A stretch of 64,000 nt of DNA from a candidate division FCPU426 bacterium (GCA_963796105.1 CAWCKJ010000007.1:64001-128000), one strand, 5' to 3'; counted from the stretch's first letter, positions 22,842 through 33,569 are shown. Notes: a model not told the origin generated them from the letters alone. Translations and numbers: made by a program.

Positions 22842-23945
22842 TCAGAGTTTCTCAAATTTCCCGGTCAGCTGGAAGTCTTCCCCCGCTCTTTCAACGGAAA
22901 TATCCGCCAATTGAAGGGCCTGATTCGGATTTTCAACGCCTTTAATCCCGGCCCAGCCAGGGCCGTTTCCGCCCAGGATCTTGGGGGAAATAAAAAGGAC
23001 AGCCTCATCGGCCAATCCTTCCTCGATCCAGGAGGCGTGGACCTTGCTTCCGCCTTCCACAAGAAGCGTCCTTACGTTCAATTGATGAAGAACCCTTAAA
23101 ACAGCCTTTAACGATAGCATTTTTTCCCGGGATGGCACCCGAAAAACAAGCGCGCCGGCTTTTTCCATCCTCCTTTGGGCCGGCAAGGATGAATGGACCG
23201 AGGTGAAAACAATCGTTTTGGACGAGCCCTTCAAAAGGTTGCACCCAAGCGGCAGCCTCAACTTTCCGTCCAGGACCACTCTCATGGGCCATCCGTCCCT
23301 CCGGTTGAATCCGGCCAGCCGGGGGGTCAAGGAGGGATTGTCCTTCAAGGCCGTTCCAATGCCCACTAGGACGGCGTCCGCCTTGCACCTGAGTTCGTGC
23401 GCCCTTTTTCTCGCCATTTCCCCCGTGATCCACTTGGATTTTCCGGATGGCCCCGCCATTTTCCCATCCAAGCTGATGGCGGCCTTCAAGATAACCTTGG
23501 GCCTCTTGCGCCGGATGCTGGAAAGGAATGATTCGTTGATTTGATAAGCCTGTTCCGCGAGAAGCCCCACCTTGACCTGGATTCCGGCTTTGCGCAGGAG
23601 TTTGAAGCCCTTGCCTTGGACGAGGGGAAATGGATCTTCCATCGAAGCCACGACCCTTACGATTCCGGATTGGATGATACTTTCCACGCAGGGCGGGGTC
23701 TTCCCATAATGACTGCAAGGCTCCAGGTTCACGTAAAGGGTGGAACCCTTGGCCTTGTTTCCCGCCTTCGCGAGGGCCAGGATTTCCGCGTGAGGGCCCC
23801 CGTATCGGCTGTGACCCCCCTCGCCGACCAGGCGGCCGTTTTTCACCAGGACCGCGCCAACTTCCGGATTGGGCGACACGTATTTCCCCCGGGCTTGGGC
23901 CAGCCTTAGGACCCGATCCATCCATTTTCGATCCGAACTTGACAC
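22842..23945 (-). CDS. ribD: Bifunctional pyrimidine deaminase / reductase
   Basis: SPNPEVG, HAE, PCSHYGKTPPC, SKWIT, LLVEGG; AGGAGG RBS before GTG start. Confidence 0.97.
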   Translation of the reverse strand: MSSSDRKWMDRVLRLAQARGKYVSPNPEVGAVLVKNGRLVGEGGHSRYGGPHAEILALAKAGNKAKGSTLYVNLEPCSHYGKTPPCVESIIQSGIVRVVASMEDPFPLVQGKGFKLLRKAGIQVKVGLLAEQAYQINESFLSSIRRKRPKVILKAAISLDGKMAGPSGKSKWITGEMARKRAHELRCKADAVLVGIGTALKDNPSLTPRLAGFNRRDGWPMRVVLDGKLRLPLGCNLLKGSSKTIVFTSVHSSLPAQRRMEKAGALVFRVPSREKMLSLKAVLRVLHQLNVRTLLVEGGSKVHASWIEEGLADEAVLFISPKILGGNGPGWAGIKGVENPNQALQLADISVERAGEDFQLTGKFEKL

Positions 23946-24231
23946 ACAGCCTCCTCAAAAGGAACAAGGGTCTGGATAAACGTTGTGACAGTATGTAATA
24001 GGATAATCAAACGTTCAAGACATCCCGTTGGCTGCTAATCCGCAATTCGTGTTTTGCCGCGGATTCATCCCTGTCAGCCATCACTGGAATGGCGGAACTA
24101 AAAAACTTTGCCAAGGTCATAATTCCATAATTTTTATCAAGGCATTTAACCTTTCCAAAATTCCATGACGAGGTTAAAATCTCCCATCTTTCAAACAGCC
24201 TGCGTCCCATCGACGCGAAAAGAGGTCCGAT

Positions 24232-24855
24232 ATGCCGACATTAGTCCTGGTGCGCCACGGCCAATCCCAGTGGAACCTTGAAAACCGGTTCACCGGCTGG
24301 ATCGACGTCCCCTTGAGCCCCTTGGGGGAGGAGGAGGCCAAAAAGGCCGGCGAGAAATTGAAGGGTTATAAATTCGACGTGGCCTTCACTTCCGCCCTCC
24401 AACGCGCGCAAAGAACCCTGGGGGTCATCTTCCAGGTCACCGGCTTGAAGGATGTTCCCGTTTTCATGGACCAGGCCTTGAACGAGAGGCACTACGGCGG
24501 TTTGCAGGGCCTGAACAAGGCCGAGACGGCGCAAAAGTACGGCGAGGAGCAGGTCAAGATCTGGCGCCGCAGCTACGACGTTCCACCTCCCAAGGACGAA
24601 ACGGGATTTTCCGAGTCCCTCAAGGACACGGCGGCCCGCACCCTTCCTTACTATCAGTCCCACATCGTTCCCTATTTAAGGAATGGCAAGAATGTCCTGG
24701 TCTCGGCCCACGGCAATTCCCTGAGGTCCATCGTGATGTTCCTGGACAACCTGACCAAGGAAGAGGTCATCGCCTTGAACCTGGACACCGGCGTTCCCCG
24801 CGTCTATGAGATGGACAAGGACTTGAAGATCCTGTCCAAGAAGGACCTTCGATAA
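24232..24855 (+). CDS. gpmA: 2,3-bisphosphoglycerate-dependent phosphoglycerate mutase
   Basis: [30 protein letters not shown]. Confidence 0.97.
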   Translation: MPTLVLVRHGQSQWNLENRFTGWIDVPLSPLGEEEAKKAGEKLKGYKFDVAFTSALQRAQRTLGVIFQVTGLKDVPVFMDQALNERHYGGLQGLNKAETAQKYGEEQVKIWRRSYDVPPPKDETGFSESLKDTAARTLPYYQSHIVPYLRNGKNVLVSAHGNSLRSIVMFLDNLTKEEVIALNLDTGVPRVYEMDKDLKILSKKDLR

Positions 24856-24881
24856 TCTTGGACCGGCTGGAGGCGCCATTC

Positions 24882-25679
24882 ATGAAGAAGCCTCGATTCG
24901 CTTTCATCCCCTGGCGTCCCAGCCGGACCCTTTTCATGCTCCCATTGGCGCTAGTCCTCTCCGGTTGCGCCGCTAATTCCCCCCGCCTCCCCCGTGATTT
25001 TTCACAGCTGGTCCCATTGGAAAAACCCACCATCCTGGAGCAGGAACAGCTGGTGGGCCTGCGCAAACCCGACAACATGATCACAGATCCAGTCACTGGA
25101 AAAAGGGCCGTAAAAGAGGTGATCGAGGCCTTTTGGAAGTTGAGGGAAAAAGCCGGGAGGGACGGCTGGGAACTGGTTTTGGTATCAGGCTACCGTTCTT
25201 TCGAGGGCCAAAGGCTTCTTTGGAACCGCCTTTACAACAAGGCTACCGATCACACAAACGGGGACAGCCAGAAAACCGTGAAAGAAGTCATGAGGTACAC
25301 CTCCGTTCCGGGTTTCTCCCGGCATCACTGGGGAACGGAATTGGACATCTCTGAAAAGACCCTCCGGGGACAGCTCTTGACTCCTGATGAGGAAATCTCA
25401 TCGAAAGTCATGGATTTCTACCATTGGATGGAAGTGAACGCTCCCAAATTCGGCTTTTGCAAGGTGTACCGGGGAAAATCGGGAATCATCGCGGACGAAC
25501 CCTGGCATTGGAGCTATTGGCGCTTAGCGGTGATTTACCAGCGCCAGATGGACAACTTGCCGACCTTGTCCAGGGTTTTGCGGACGAAGGGCGTGGAGGG
25601 CGGTGAATTTATCCAGAACCACCTCAATGAAATCCTTCAGTGGCAGAGTTCCTCAGTGGATACGGATTGTTCGAAATGA
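24882..25679 (+). CDS. M15 (VanY-like) D,D-carboxypeptidase lipoprotein
   Basis: Lipobox LSGC; SGYRS, SRHHWGTELD, EPWHW. Confidence 0.88.
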   Translation: MKKPRFAFIPWRPSRTLFMLPLALVLSGCAANSPRLPRDFSQLVPLEKPTILEQEQLVGLRKPDNMITDPVTGKRAVKEVIEAFWKLREKAGRDGWELVLVSGYRSFEGQRLLWNRLYNKATDHTNGDSQKTVKEVMRYTSVPGFSRHHWGTELDISEKTLRGQLLTPDEEISSKVMDFYHWMEVNAPKFGFCKVYRGKSGIIADEPWHWSYWRLAVIYQRQMDNLPTLSRVLRTKGVEGGEFIQNHLNEILQWQSSSVDTDCSK

Positions 25680-25698
25680 TTGACTTATAGATTAAGCA

Positions 25699-25921
25699 AT
25701 TCGACTTCGGCAAATTCCGAAAGGCATGCTTTAGATAGCTATTCCCCCCCTTTGAAAAGGGGTATTTCGGTTTATGGGTAACATAGGGTTTTTTCCCTAT
25801 GAGCGCTTTTGGATAGGGGGGTATTAGTTGTTGCTAAAACCCAAAACAAGTCTAACTTCCCCTTAACCCCCTCTTTCAGAGGGGGGAAGGACCAAAGTCC
25901 TAAAAATTGCCAAAGTTGAGT
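25699..25921. mobile_element. MITE/REP-doublet element, second copy of the 2572 family
   Basis: Shared TIRs and GCTTTAGATAGCTATTCCCCCCCTTTGAAAAGGG and AAGTCTAACTTCCCCTTAA blocks. Confidence 0.75.
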
Positions 25922-26003
25922 CCTTAACAATAAATAGTATTTTGTTTCTGTGCCTCTGTGCGCTGCCGAAGGCAGCCTGTGGTGAATGCTTTTTTAGAAT
26001 TTC

Positions 26004-26294
26004 TTAATCCAACCAGGCCAAAGCCTTATCTAACTTTTTTTTGATCCACATTAATTTATTTCTTAAATGCCATTTCTTCCAAACCAGCCTCACCAAAACG
26101 ATGGTGGCTAAAATGAATGTCAACCAATATATAATCGTCCAGCCAGGCCATGACGGCGGGACCTCAATAGTGAAATCCCCGCTTTCTGCCCAGTTGGCCC
26201 CGAATACGGAATGAGCGGAGAGGTAAAATATCACCCAGGGCAAAAATCTTTTAGTTGTTCGCGGAGTGACCACAACCATTCTCCCAACCGGCAT
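26004..26294 (-). CDS. Small membrane hypothetical protein
   Basis: 96-aa ORF with hydrophobic segments, abutting the stop of the upstream ORF. Confidence 0.45.
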   Translation of the reverse strand: MPVGRMVVVTPRTTKRFLPWVIFYLSAHSVFGANWAESGDFTIEVPPSWPGWTIIYWLTFILATIVLVRLVWKKWHLRNKLMWIKKKLDKALAWLD

Positions 26295-26633
26295 TTATTT
26301 GTGGGCTGTCAGCTTCACCCGGAATTGATGGCCCGAAATCTTCTTGAAATCCATTGAAACATCCCAATAAATGGATTTGTTCTGTCCCGGAATGACCCCT
26401 TTCCCCACATCTCCTGTCAGACCCTCAGGCTGGGGATGGATCGTGTAATGGGTCCCGCCGTCTTGCGACACTTCCATGATAATTTCATTGGGAACCTGTT
26501 CCGGGTCCACCAGGTCGTAGGTGATGAGCACCAGGCTGGTTCCCTCTTGTTGCCTGGCCGAGACGTTCCAAATGTCAGTGGCGCCCAAATACCCTGGCAC
26601 CACAAGAACGAGGAAGAGGATGATTTTTTCCAT
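26295..26633 (-). CDS. Secreted small beta-sandwich protein
   Basis: Signal peptide; ITYDL...SQDGG...GDVG...KSIYWD pattern. Confidence 0.6.
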   Translation of the reverse strand: MEKIILFLVLVVPGYLGATDIWNVSARQQEGTSLVLITYDLVDPEQVPNEIIMEVSQDGGTHYTIHPQPEGLTGDVGKGVIPGQNKSIYWDVSMDFKKISGHQFRVKLTAHK

Positions 26634-26744
26634 GTCCAGAAAATAAGCCGGGAACTTCCTGGGGAAGCTTGGGTTTGGGAAGTAATGATTTTTCATGGCC
26701 ATCTACAAGTATACCGACATGAAATTTCCCCTTCAATTTTACCG

Positions 26745-28721
26745 TTAATTCCCTGAAACATTGCCAACCGCCTGGCCAAAGATGGAACGGTGAGGCATGG
26801 ACCTTGCCCTTTTCATGCAAAGTTCCGCGTCGTCCATCCTTTTCTCAACCGTATAAATGGCCCCGAGATTGTAGTAAAACTCGAAAAACTTTCCCCTCGT
26901 TCGGCGAATCGCCTCCAGGTAAAGAGCCTCCGCCATGTCCAGGTGGTTGTTATAAGCGCAGAAAACCGCCATGGATTGAAGGTCCCGGGGATAGTCCGGG
27001 GGATCGAAAAAATCCCCGATACCGGAAGTTTCTGGGTTCATCCCAATGATGGAATTTTTTTCCATCAAAATGGACTTGGAGACGCCTTTCATGGCTATCA
27101 CACCCGCGTAATCCAGGTCCGCTACAGAGTCAGAGTAGCCCTTTCTTAGGTAGATAGCCGAATTCTCATCCAGGTAAACCGGACGCCAATCCTGGGAGGA
27201 TTGGAGCTCGACAATCCAGGGAACTTCCTCGAAAGGGTTGAACATAAGGAGATCGGCATGGTATTTGTCCAGGAGGGTCTTCAGGCCTCCGGAAGCCTGG
27301 GCATTTTTGTATTCCGAGAAGAATTCCTCCCCCATGACCTCCAAGCGCCCGTCAATGAAGGCCTTCCCGGGGGTCAGCCATTCCAACCATCCGCCGGAAT
27401 TGAATTGGTTAAAGATCCTCCCGTCCAAATGGTTTCGATCCAGGAACTCGCAGGCTCCCGCCGGCACTTGCCCCCTGTCCAGTCCCAGGCCGAACCGGTC
27501 CGGTCTCCGGTCCGCCAGGTAATAGGCCCCTGTGAGGACCCTCGCGCAGAACCCCAGAATAAGCAGTGTGAATATCCAGGGGGCCGCCCAATGCCCAAAG
27601 ACAGCTCCCTGGATTTTTCGGAGCCAATCCCACTTCAAGTCCTTCCAGCAGGAAGCCGCCAGGGGGGCGCAAGCGATCATGAAAATCTGGATATTCCTGA
27701 GGGCCGCGATGGATAGGCCCAGCAAAATAAAAAACATCAGGTACTCGTGGATTTTTCTCTGGCGATATGTAAGCACAAACGCGAGGAAAAGGAAAACACA
27801 GAAAAGTTTGTAAACCAAAAGGTAAAGGGTCGGCGCCGCAAAGAGTCCCCCGCCCATGGTCCAGGGCGATTGGAACTCGAAGATCGCCTGTTTGAAAACA
27901 TTGGAAGTGCCGGCGGTATTGAGCAGGGTGAGAGGGAAAACCAATCCCTTGATGAAATAGGGGTTCACCAGGCACGCGGCCAAGCCGAGTGCGGAATATC
28001 GGCATAATTTCAGATCCACCTTTGGGCCGGCGAGAAAACTAGACAGGCAGTAAAGCGCCATCAGGCCCAAGCCAATGGCAAAAAGGCCTTCCACGTTCAC
28101 CCAAACCAGCATGATGAAGGGAAGAAGTAATAAAAAATCCCTGCCCCTGGCGGCCCTGGTTTCCAGGACCCAAAGAGTCAGGCTCATCAAGATCCAGCTG
28201 AGGGTCTCGGGTCTCGCCCGGAACCGGTATTCGGACGCCGCCAGGGCCGCGGCCAATAACACCACGCACATCCAGAAAGGCGCGCCTGTTAAACGGAGCC
28301 TTTTCCAGGTCAGGAAAAACAACAGCAGGATGAATACGGAATTCGCGAGGGAAATCAAGGGGTAATTTCCCAGCCGGTAGAGGGTGTAAAGACCTATCTG
28401 GTAGAGCCAATGGATATCCAGATAAGGATGGTCTGGGACTGTGTATGTAAATGGGTCCAAGGCGGGGACTTGATGATTCTCCAGGATCCACTGCCCCCCC
28501 TTCAGGTGATAGCCCAGGTCGGAGTCGTTCAATAACCGCGCCCCGAAAATGACTGAGAGCAGGAGGCAGGCGTACAAGGCGATATGCCACGGATCGAACA
28601 GTTTTTTAAGGGCTGGCGGCTCGGCCTGTCCATTTAGTCCGCTTGAAATCATTGGCAACATGGGTGGATTATAGCCGGGAGAACCGCCAAGTGGTTTATT
28701 AGGCCCGGCATAAAACCACAT
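26745..28721 (-). CDS. Polytopic GT-C-like membrane protein with C-terminal TPR
   Basis: DSDLGYHLKGG, DPFTYT, RPE, FIDGR motifs; YYNLG TPR at C-terminus; start uncertain. Confidence 0.7.
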   Translation of the reverse strand: MWFYAGPNKPLGGSPGYNPPMLPMISSGLNGQAEPPALKKLFDPWHIALYACLLLSVIFGARLLNDSDLGYHLKGGQWILENHQVPALDPFTYTVPDHPYLDIHWLYQIGLYTLYRLGNYPLISLANSVFILLLFFLTWKRLRLTGAPFWMCVVLLAAALAASEYRFRARPETLSWILMSLTLWVLETRAARGRDFLLLLPFIMLVWVNVEGLFAIGLGLMALYCLSSFLAGPKVDLKLCRYSALGLAACLVNPYFIKGLVFPLTLLNTAGTSNVFKQAIFEFQSPWTMGGGLFAAPTLYLLVYKLFCVFLFLAFVLTYRQRKIHEYLMFFILLGLSIAALRNIQIFMIACAPLAASCWKDLKWDWLRKIQGAVFGHWAAPWIFTLLILGFCARVLTGAYYLADRRPDRFGLGLDRGQVPAGACEFLDRNHLDGRIFNQFNSGGWLEWLTPGKAFIDGRLEVMGEEFFSEYKNAQASGGLKTLLDKYHADLLMFNPFEEVPWIVELQSSQDWRPVYLDENSAIYLRKGYSDSVADLDYAGVIAMKGVSKSILMEKNSIIGMNPETSGIGDFFDPPDYPRDLQSMAVFCAYNNHLDMAEALYLEAIRRTRGKFFEFYYNLGAIYTVEKRMDDAELCMKRARSMPHRSIFGQAVGNVSGN

Positions 28722-28806
28722 TTTTGATTTTAAATTGAGTTGAAATCTTAAATAAACCTGAAGTTAACTAGGTTATAATCCACTCTCATTCCGGAGGATT
28801 ACTCAA

Positions 28807-29373
28807 GTGGAACCCCGACCCAAAACATCTAAAAAGAGCCCATCAAAACCCAAAGCCGGGCGCGTCCCCAAAAACGCCTTCAAAAACCCCGCAAAAAAAA
28901 TTAATAAAGTATCCGACCAGGACACGAAGCTTCTCTTTAAATGCGTCCAACTCCAGGGCCAAGTAACCCCTGGGGATCTGGCGAAAGAACTACATTGGAA
29001 CAAAGGCACCTTGTCCCAACACCTGAAAAAACTTGTGGCGCGGGGAGAAATTGAGCGATTGGGAAGCGGACAAAACACAAGCTACAAAGCAGTAACCAAA
29101 AGCGAAGAAAATTCACCGGTGGAGGAATTGGAACCCTCTCAAACCATTATTCCGCCCGTTGAAAACAAACAAAGTGAAATAAGTAACCCCGTCACGACTG
29201 TCCAAAAGGAATCTAACTCAGTGAGTCTTTTCACTTTGGAAGACCTTCAAGACCCGGCAAAGAACCTTGAAAAAGCAAAAAGCAAAGCCAATATTTGGCG
29301 CGCCGTGATCTTATTGGAAATTTTGGTGATTCTGATTTGGTATTTGTCCCAAATATTCAGCCACCATTCTTAA
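28807..29373 (+). CDS. Winged-helix (ArsR/MarR-like) protein with C-terminal TM anchor
   Basis: TPGDLAKELHWNKGTLSQHLKKLV HTH; hydrophobic C-terminus. Confidence 0.65.
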   Translation: MEPRPKTSKKSPSKPKAGRVPKNAFKNPAKKINKVSDQDTKLLFKCVQLQGQVTPGDLAKELHWNKGTLSQHLKKLVARGEIERLGSGQNTSYKAVTKSEENSPVEELEPSQTIIPPVENKQSEISNPVTTVQKESNSVSLFTLEDLQDPAKNLEKAKSKANIWRAVILLEILVILIWYLSQIFSHHS

Positions 29374-29618
29374 AGACATTAACTAAATTACTTCTTTAAC
29401 ACTGTGGGGCTCCGCACCGAAGTAAGTTGTCGTTAGGTTTAAGTCATAAAATCTTTGAATTTTCCACCGCTAAACCTTTGTGGTTCTGAAAGAACCTGTG
29501 GTGAACGTGGATTTTTAATGTTTCTAATGTTAAATCTTTTAAACCTCGTTGTCTTAATCCCCTTTTCCCCTCAAAATACCCGCGTTGATTTTCTTATTCC
29601 TTCCAAAAGGATTATCCA

Positions 29619-30635
29619 ATGAAACAAATTTGGATCACGCGCCCCATCGGCCCTGACGGCCTGGAAATAAAAGAAGCCACCCTTGCCCCCCCAGGGCCTG
29701 GACAAATGACCGTGGAGATCAAGGCCGCGGGTTTCAACTTCGCCGACTTGATGGCTTCCAAGGGTCTTTACCCGGACGCCCCCAAACTGCCCTGCGTGGT
29801 GGGTTACGAGGTGTCTGGTACCGTGGAAGCCGTGGGCGAGGGCGTGGACAGGCATTGGCTCGGTAAAGGCGTTTTCGCCTTCACCCGTTTTGGGGGGTAT
29901 TCGGAAAAAATCAATCTCCCTTTGGAACAAGTTTTCGAGAGGCCCAATAATTTAAGCCCTGATGAAGCCGCGGCCCTTCCCGTGAACTACATCACCGCCT
30001 ACCAGTTGGTGGTGGCCATGGGAGGTTTGAGGAAAGGCGAAACTATCCTGATCCATAACGCGGGAGGGGGTGTCGGCTTGGCCGCGCTCCAGTTCGCCCG
30101 CAAAATCGGGGCTGTCACTTTGGGTACCGCCAGCGCCGGCAAGCATGCTTTTTTAAAGGCCCAGGGTCTGGATGAAGCCATCGATTACCGCACAGGAGAT
30201 TGGGAAAAGGAAGTCCTGAGGATTACCGGGGGCAAGGGCGTCGAGTTGATCCTGGACCCCATCGGGGGGGCTTCCTGGAGGAAAAATTACAAGCTCCTGC
30301 GCCCATCCGGGCGCCTGGGGGTTTACGGCATTTCAAGCGCTTCCCTGTCCAAGGGCCCCAAACTACTGACATTCCTGAACCTTCTCGCCAGGATGCCTTT
30401 TTTCAATCCGGTTTCATTGATGAATAATAACCGGGGTGTTTTCGGGGCGAACCTGGGGCATCTATGGGGTGAGACTGAAAAAGTGAAGGGATGGTTCACG
30501 GAGATCCTGAAAGGCGTCCGTGATGGATGGCTCAAGCCCTACGTGGACCGGACTTTCCGTTTCTCCGAGGCGGCCGAGGCTTTCCGTTACGTGGAGCAAC
30601 GCAAGAACACGGGCAAAATCCTGCTGATTCCGTGA
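29619..30635 (+). CDS. Medium-chain NADPH:quinone oxidoreductase (VAT-1-like)
   Basis: GFNFAD, HNAGGGVG, terminal GKILL. Confidence 0.9.
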   Translation: MKQIWITRPIGPDGLEIKEATLAPPGPGQMTVEIKAAGFNFADLMASKGLYPDAPKLPCVVGYEVSGTVEAVGEGVDRHWLGKGVFAFTRFGGYSEKINLPLEQVFERPNNLSPDEAAALPVNYITAYQLVVAMGGLRKGETILIHNAGGGVGLAALQFARKIGAVTLGTASAGKHAFLKAQGLDEAIDYRTGDWEKEVLRITGGKGVELILDPIGGASWRKNYKLLRPSGRLGVYGISSASLSKGPKLLTFLNLLARMPFFNPVSLMNNNRGVFGANLGHLWGETEKVKGWFTEILKGVRDGWLKPYVDRTFRFSEAAEAFRYVEQRKNTGKILLIP

Positions 30636-30700
30636 TTGATAATCATTTCAACTGTCCACTACACATTCCCGTCATGGATAATCATCATCGGAAGAAAAGT

Positions 30701-30946
30701 CTAATTCCCAAATAATTTCTGAAGTAATTCCTGTCGGTCTAATTTTAAATGTTCAGCTACGTCCGAAAGAATCGCTGATAGGGTGCCTGTCCTGAGGGGG
30801 TTATGTGAGGGGATCGTAATGTGATGCTGGCCGTTTTGGATCGTTGTCAAACGCATGTGGCTTCCGGTTTGACGGGTAATTACATAACCGAAAACCTTAA
30901 GTTCATTGGCGAGATCCCCTCCCGACAAATTCCGGGGGAGCCTCAT
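30701..30946 (-). CDS. hicA: HicA-family toxin
   Basis: RQTGSH, ITIPSH, GTLSAIL. Confidence 0.88.
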   Translation of the reverse strand: MRLPRNLSGGDLANELKVFGYVITRQTGSHMRLTTIQNGQHHITIPSHNPLRTGTLSAILSDVAEHLKLDRQELLQKLFGN

Positions 30947-31149
30947 ACCGCGATAGTTTCCTCGCGTACAAAATGCAGCCGGATTACCTTGGGCATATTT
31001 TTTTCATCAAAATGACATTTCACCGCGTCACGAATCATTTCATGAAGTTGGTCCAGGTTGTCGGCTTCGGTAAATAAGGATTCACCCAAAGCGCGGGCTA
31101 CATAGCCCCCTTCCGGGGAATCTTCGATCATAAAAATCAACTCATTCAT
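30943..31149 (-). CDS. hicB: HicB-like antitoxin
   Basis: EGGYVARALGESLFTEAD; overlaps the hicA start; GGAGG RBS. Confidence 0.8.
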   Translation of the reverse strand: MNELIFMIEDSPEGGYVARALGESLFTEADNLDQLHEMIRDAVKCHFDEKNMPKVIRLHFVREETIAV

Positions 31150-31307
31150 GACAACCTCCATAAAACATTATACAAAAGGTATTGGCTTTAAACGACACCA
31201 TCATAATTTAGGACATATTAAGGGTACCTCAAAAAATTCATTGTAGAGGCTGTGGAATAAGCACATTCGTGGCTAAAACTGTGGTTTCGAAGAAACCGGT
31301 GGTTCAA

Positions 31308-31517
31308 CCGAGGGGGTTTTCGGGGCGAACCTGGGGCATCTATGGGGTGAGACTGAAAAAGTGAAGGGATGGTTCACGGAGATCCTGAAAAGGCGTCCGC
31401 GATGGCTGGCTCAAACCCCACGTGGACCGGACTCTCCGTTTCTCCGAGGCGGCCGAGGCTTTCCGTTACGTGGAGCAACGCAAGAACACGGGCAAAATCC
31501 TCCTGGTTCCGTGATTG
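31308..31517 (+). pseudogene. Duplicated 3' end (about 210 bp) of the quinone oxidoreductase gene
   Basis: High identity to 30431-30638 with scattered substitutions and a 1-bp insertion. Confidence 0.9.
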
Positions 31518-31602
31518 GGAAGACATTTCGGCCAACCATTCATCTCAATTTTGAAATAAATTCCACCTTGACAAAGTTATACCAAAGTTATACTTTTGAT
31601 TT

Positions 31603-31839
31603 ATGAAAACAGCCATATCCATACCCCCAAAAGTTTTTGACAACGCCGAAAAGCTGGCGGAAAAGATGGGAGTTTCCCGGAGCCAGCTTTATGTCACTGC
31701 CATCAAGAATTACCTGGATGGCCATAATGACGATTCCGTGACGGCCAAGCTCAACGATGTTTATGCCCACGTGGATTCAAAACTTGATCCCGCTTTGAGG
31801 AAGATTCAGGCAAAATCCATCTCCAAGGATGGGTGGTGA
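31603..31839 (+). CDS. RHH antitoxin (ChpI/MazE-like)
   Basis: MKTAISIP...VSRSQLY; overlaps the mazF start. Confidence 0.85.
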   Translation: MKTAISIPPKVFDNAEKLAEKMGVSRSQLYVTAIKNYLDGHNDDSVTAKLNDVYAHVDSKLDPALRKIQAKSISKDGW

Positions 31840-32177
31840 ACCGGGGCGAAATTTGGTGGGCGGATTTACCCGGCCCCAAGGCCTCGGAACCCGGCTACAG
31901 CCGTCCCATTCTCATCATCCAATCAGACGCTTTTAATCGAAGCCGCATTCAAACCGTTGTCGCTGTCGCCCTGACATCCAATCTCCGATTAGCCGACGCT
32001 CCCGGAAACGTGAAACTCTCCGCGCGCAAAACGGGTCTTCCGAAGGATTCGGTGGCCAACGTGTCCCAAATCATCACACTGGATAAAACCTTCCTGCGGG
32101 ATAAATCGGGAAAATTGGATGAACTGACGGTATCCCGCGTTGAAGACGGGTTAAAACTTTTGTTGAATTTGAAATAA
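31833..32177 (+). CDS. mazF: PemK/MazF toxin
   Basis: RGEIWWADL, SEPGYSRP, QSDAFN, DSVANVSQIITLDK. Confidence 0.92.
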   Translation: MVNRGEIWWADLPGPKASEPGYSRPILIIQSDAFNRSRIQTVVAVALTSNLRLADAPGNVKLSARKTGLPKDSVANVSQIITLDKTFLRDKSGKLDELTVSRVEDGLKLLLNLK

Positions 32178-32191
32178 AACCTTGCGCCATT

Positions 32192-33211
32192 GGAAAATAA
32201 GGGTCAGGTCTTGAAAACGGCATTACGAATCTTTTCCTCAAGACCCTTTTCCTCACGAATGCGTTTCTTCATCCTTGCCACCGCATGGCTTACCGCGGAG
32301 TATTTTACCCCCATCTTCTTAGCCACTTCCCCTAAACTTAATCGGCATATCTGACGCAAGGCCCATACCGCCGCTTCCCGCCCTTCGTTTTTCCGCCGGG
32401 TCGGAACCACCATATCTTTCACCATAATCCCATGCATTTTCCCGATCTTTTTCAGCGTTTCCTCGGCATCCGGCAAGCCCAATTTCTGTTGTTCCCTGTG
32501 CGCCTCATGGTGATGCTTCCCCCTAATCTTCCCTTTAATGTGCTCCTCAAAACTTTTTCCCCCCAATATGATCTGCGATGTTACTTGCTCCCATGGGCTC
32601 TCTTTCTTCCTCAAACCTTCCAACACGAATTTCCGGTACAAACCCTGCGCCTCATGTTTCACTTTTCCAAACTGTTCCAAAAGCCATTTATTTTCCACCC
32701 ATTCCGGCTCGGTCTCATAACCTGCCGTAGCCCGGTAACTGCTCCATTTCCATTCCTTCGGATGCTTGACCATCTTGGCCCGGACCGGATTCAAGACCAC
32801 ATACCTGCATAATTCCTTTAAATAACTATCCTTATGGACCAAAATCGCCTTATAACGCCCCTGGTACAAATGTCCCGCGCGGTTGTGACGCCGGTTGAAT
32901 CGAAGGGTATAAATTCCATTTAAGTGGCGGAGGGCTTGGGAAAGATTAGCTTCGGGGGTTTCTACCAGCAAATGGTAATGGTTATCCATCAACACCCAGG
33001 CATGAACGACCACCCCGTAAGAATCAACGGTATCCGCCAACGCCCGAATAAAAAGCCACCGGTCCTTGTCATCGCGAACGATAGGTCTTCGTTCGTTCCC
33101 GCGGGAGGTGATGTGATATACAGCGCCTGGATATTGAATTCTTAAGGGACGTGCCATTTCAGTATCTTAATCCGCCCTTATGCCGTTTTCAAGACCTGAC
33201 CCTTGTGTTCT
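32192..33211 (-). mobile_element. IS-like element, copy 1: Y1/HUH transposase with about 32-bp terminal inverted repeats
   Basis: Left GGAAAATAAGGGTCAGGTCTTGAAAACGGCAT, right ATGCCGTTTTCAAGACCTGACCCTTGTGTTCT; near-identical copy at 35763-36782. Confidence 0.9.
32204..33157 (-). CDS. REP-associated-like (RAYT) Y1 tyrosine transposase with C-terminal HTH
   Basis: YHITSRGN, LMDNHYHLL (HUH), GHLYQGRY, RYVVLNPVRA (catalytic Tyr), WSSY. Confidence 0.92.
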   Translation of the reverse strand: MARPLRIQYPGAVYHITSRGNERRPIVRDDKDRWLFIRALADTVDSYGVVVHAWVLMDNHYHLLVETPEANLSQALRHLNGIYTLRFNRRHNRAGHLYQGRYKAILVHKDSYLKELCRYVVLNPVRAKMVKHPKEWKWSSYRATAGYETEPEWVENKWLLEQFGKVKHEAQGLYRKFVLEGLRKKESPWEQVTSQIILGGKSFEEHIKGKIRGKHHHEAHREQQKLGLPDAEETLKKIGKMHGIMVKDMVVPTRRKNEGREAAVWALRQICRLSLGEVAKKMGVKYSAVSHAVARMKKRIREEKGLEEKIRNAVFKT

Positions 33212-33569
33212 GCCCGTCATCATTTTCTCGGTCCTGGGGGAACAAAAGGACATCCAAAAAGGGATGGATTTAGGGGCCAACGATTACACCGTGAAGGGTT
33301 TTTATACTCCCCGGCAAATCCTCAGCAAGATCAAGGATTTGATGACGAAAGCCGGCCCCGCAAAAGGGGGCGCTTCTTTCAAGGTGAAGGTGATGGATGG
33401 CACGGAGGACGCTCCCCTTCTTTGGTCGGAATTGGGGTTTACCAGCAAGAACAAATGTCCCCAGTGCCAGGGTGAACTGGTATTGGAGCTGTTTCCGGAC
33501 TATGTCCACAATGAGGGCCATTGGTTCACGGCGCACTTCCTTTGCGGCAAGTGCAACAAAGCCTATTAA
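33212..33569 (+). pseudogene. 5'-truncated response regulator with Zn ribbon
   Basis: Similarity to 34437-35081 starts exactly at the element's right IR; phospho-acceptor half of the receiver domain absent. Confidence 0.85.

Noticed and set aside
30431..31517. DGR template/variable repeat pair (also considered for 40870/44172)
   Set aside because: Differences are not adenine-specific, include an indel, and no reverse transcriptase is present
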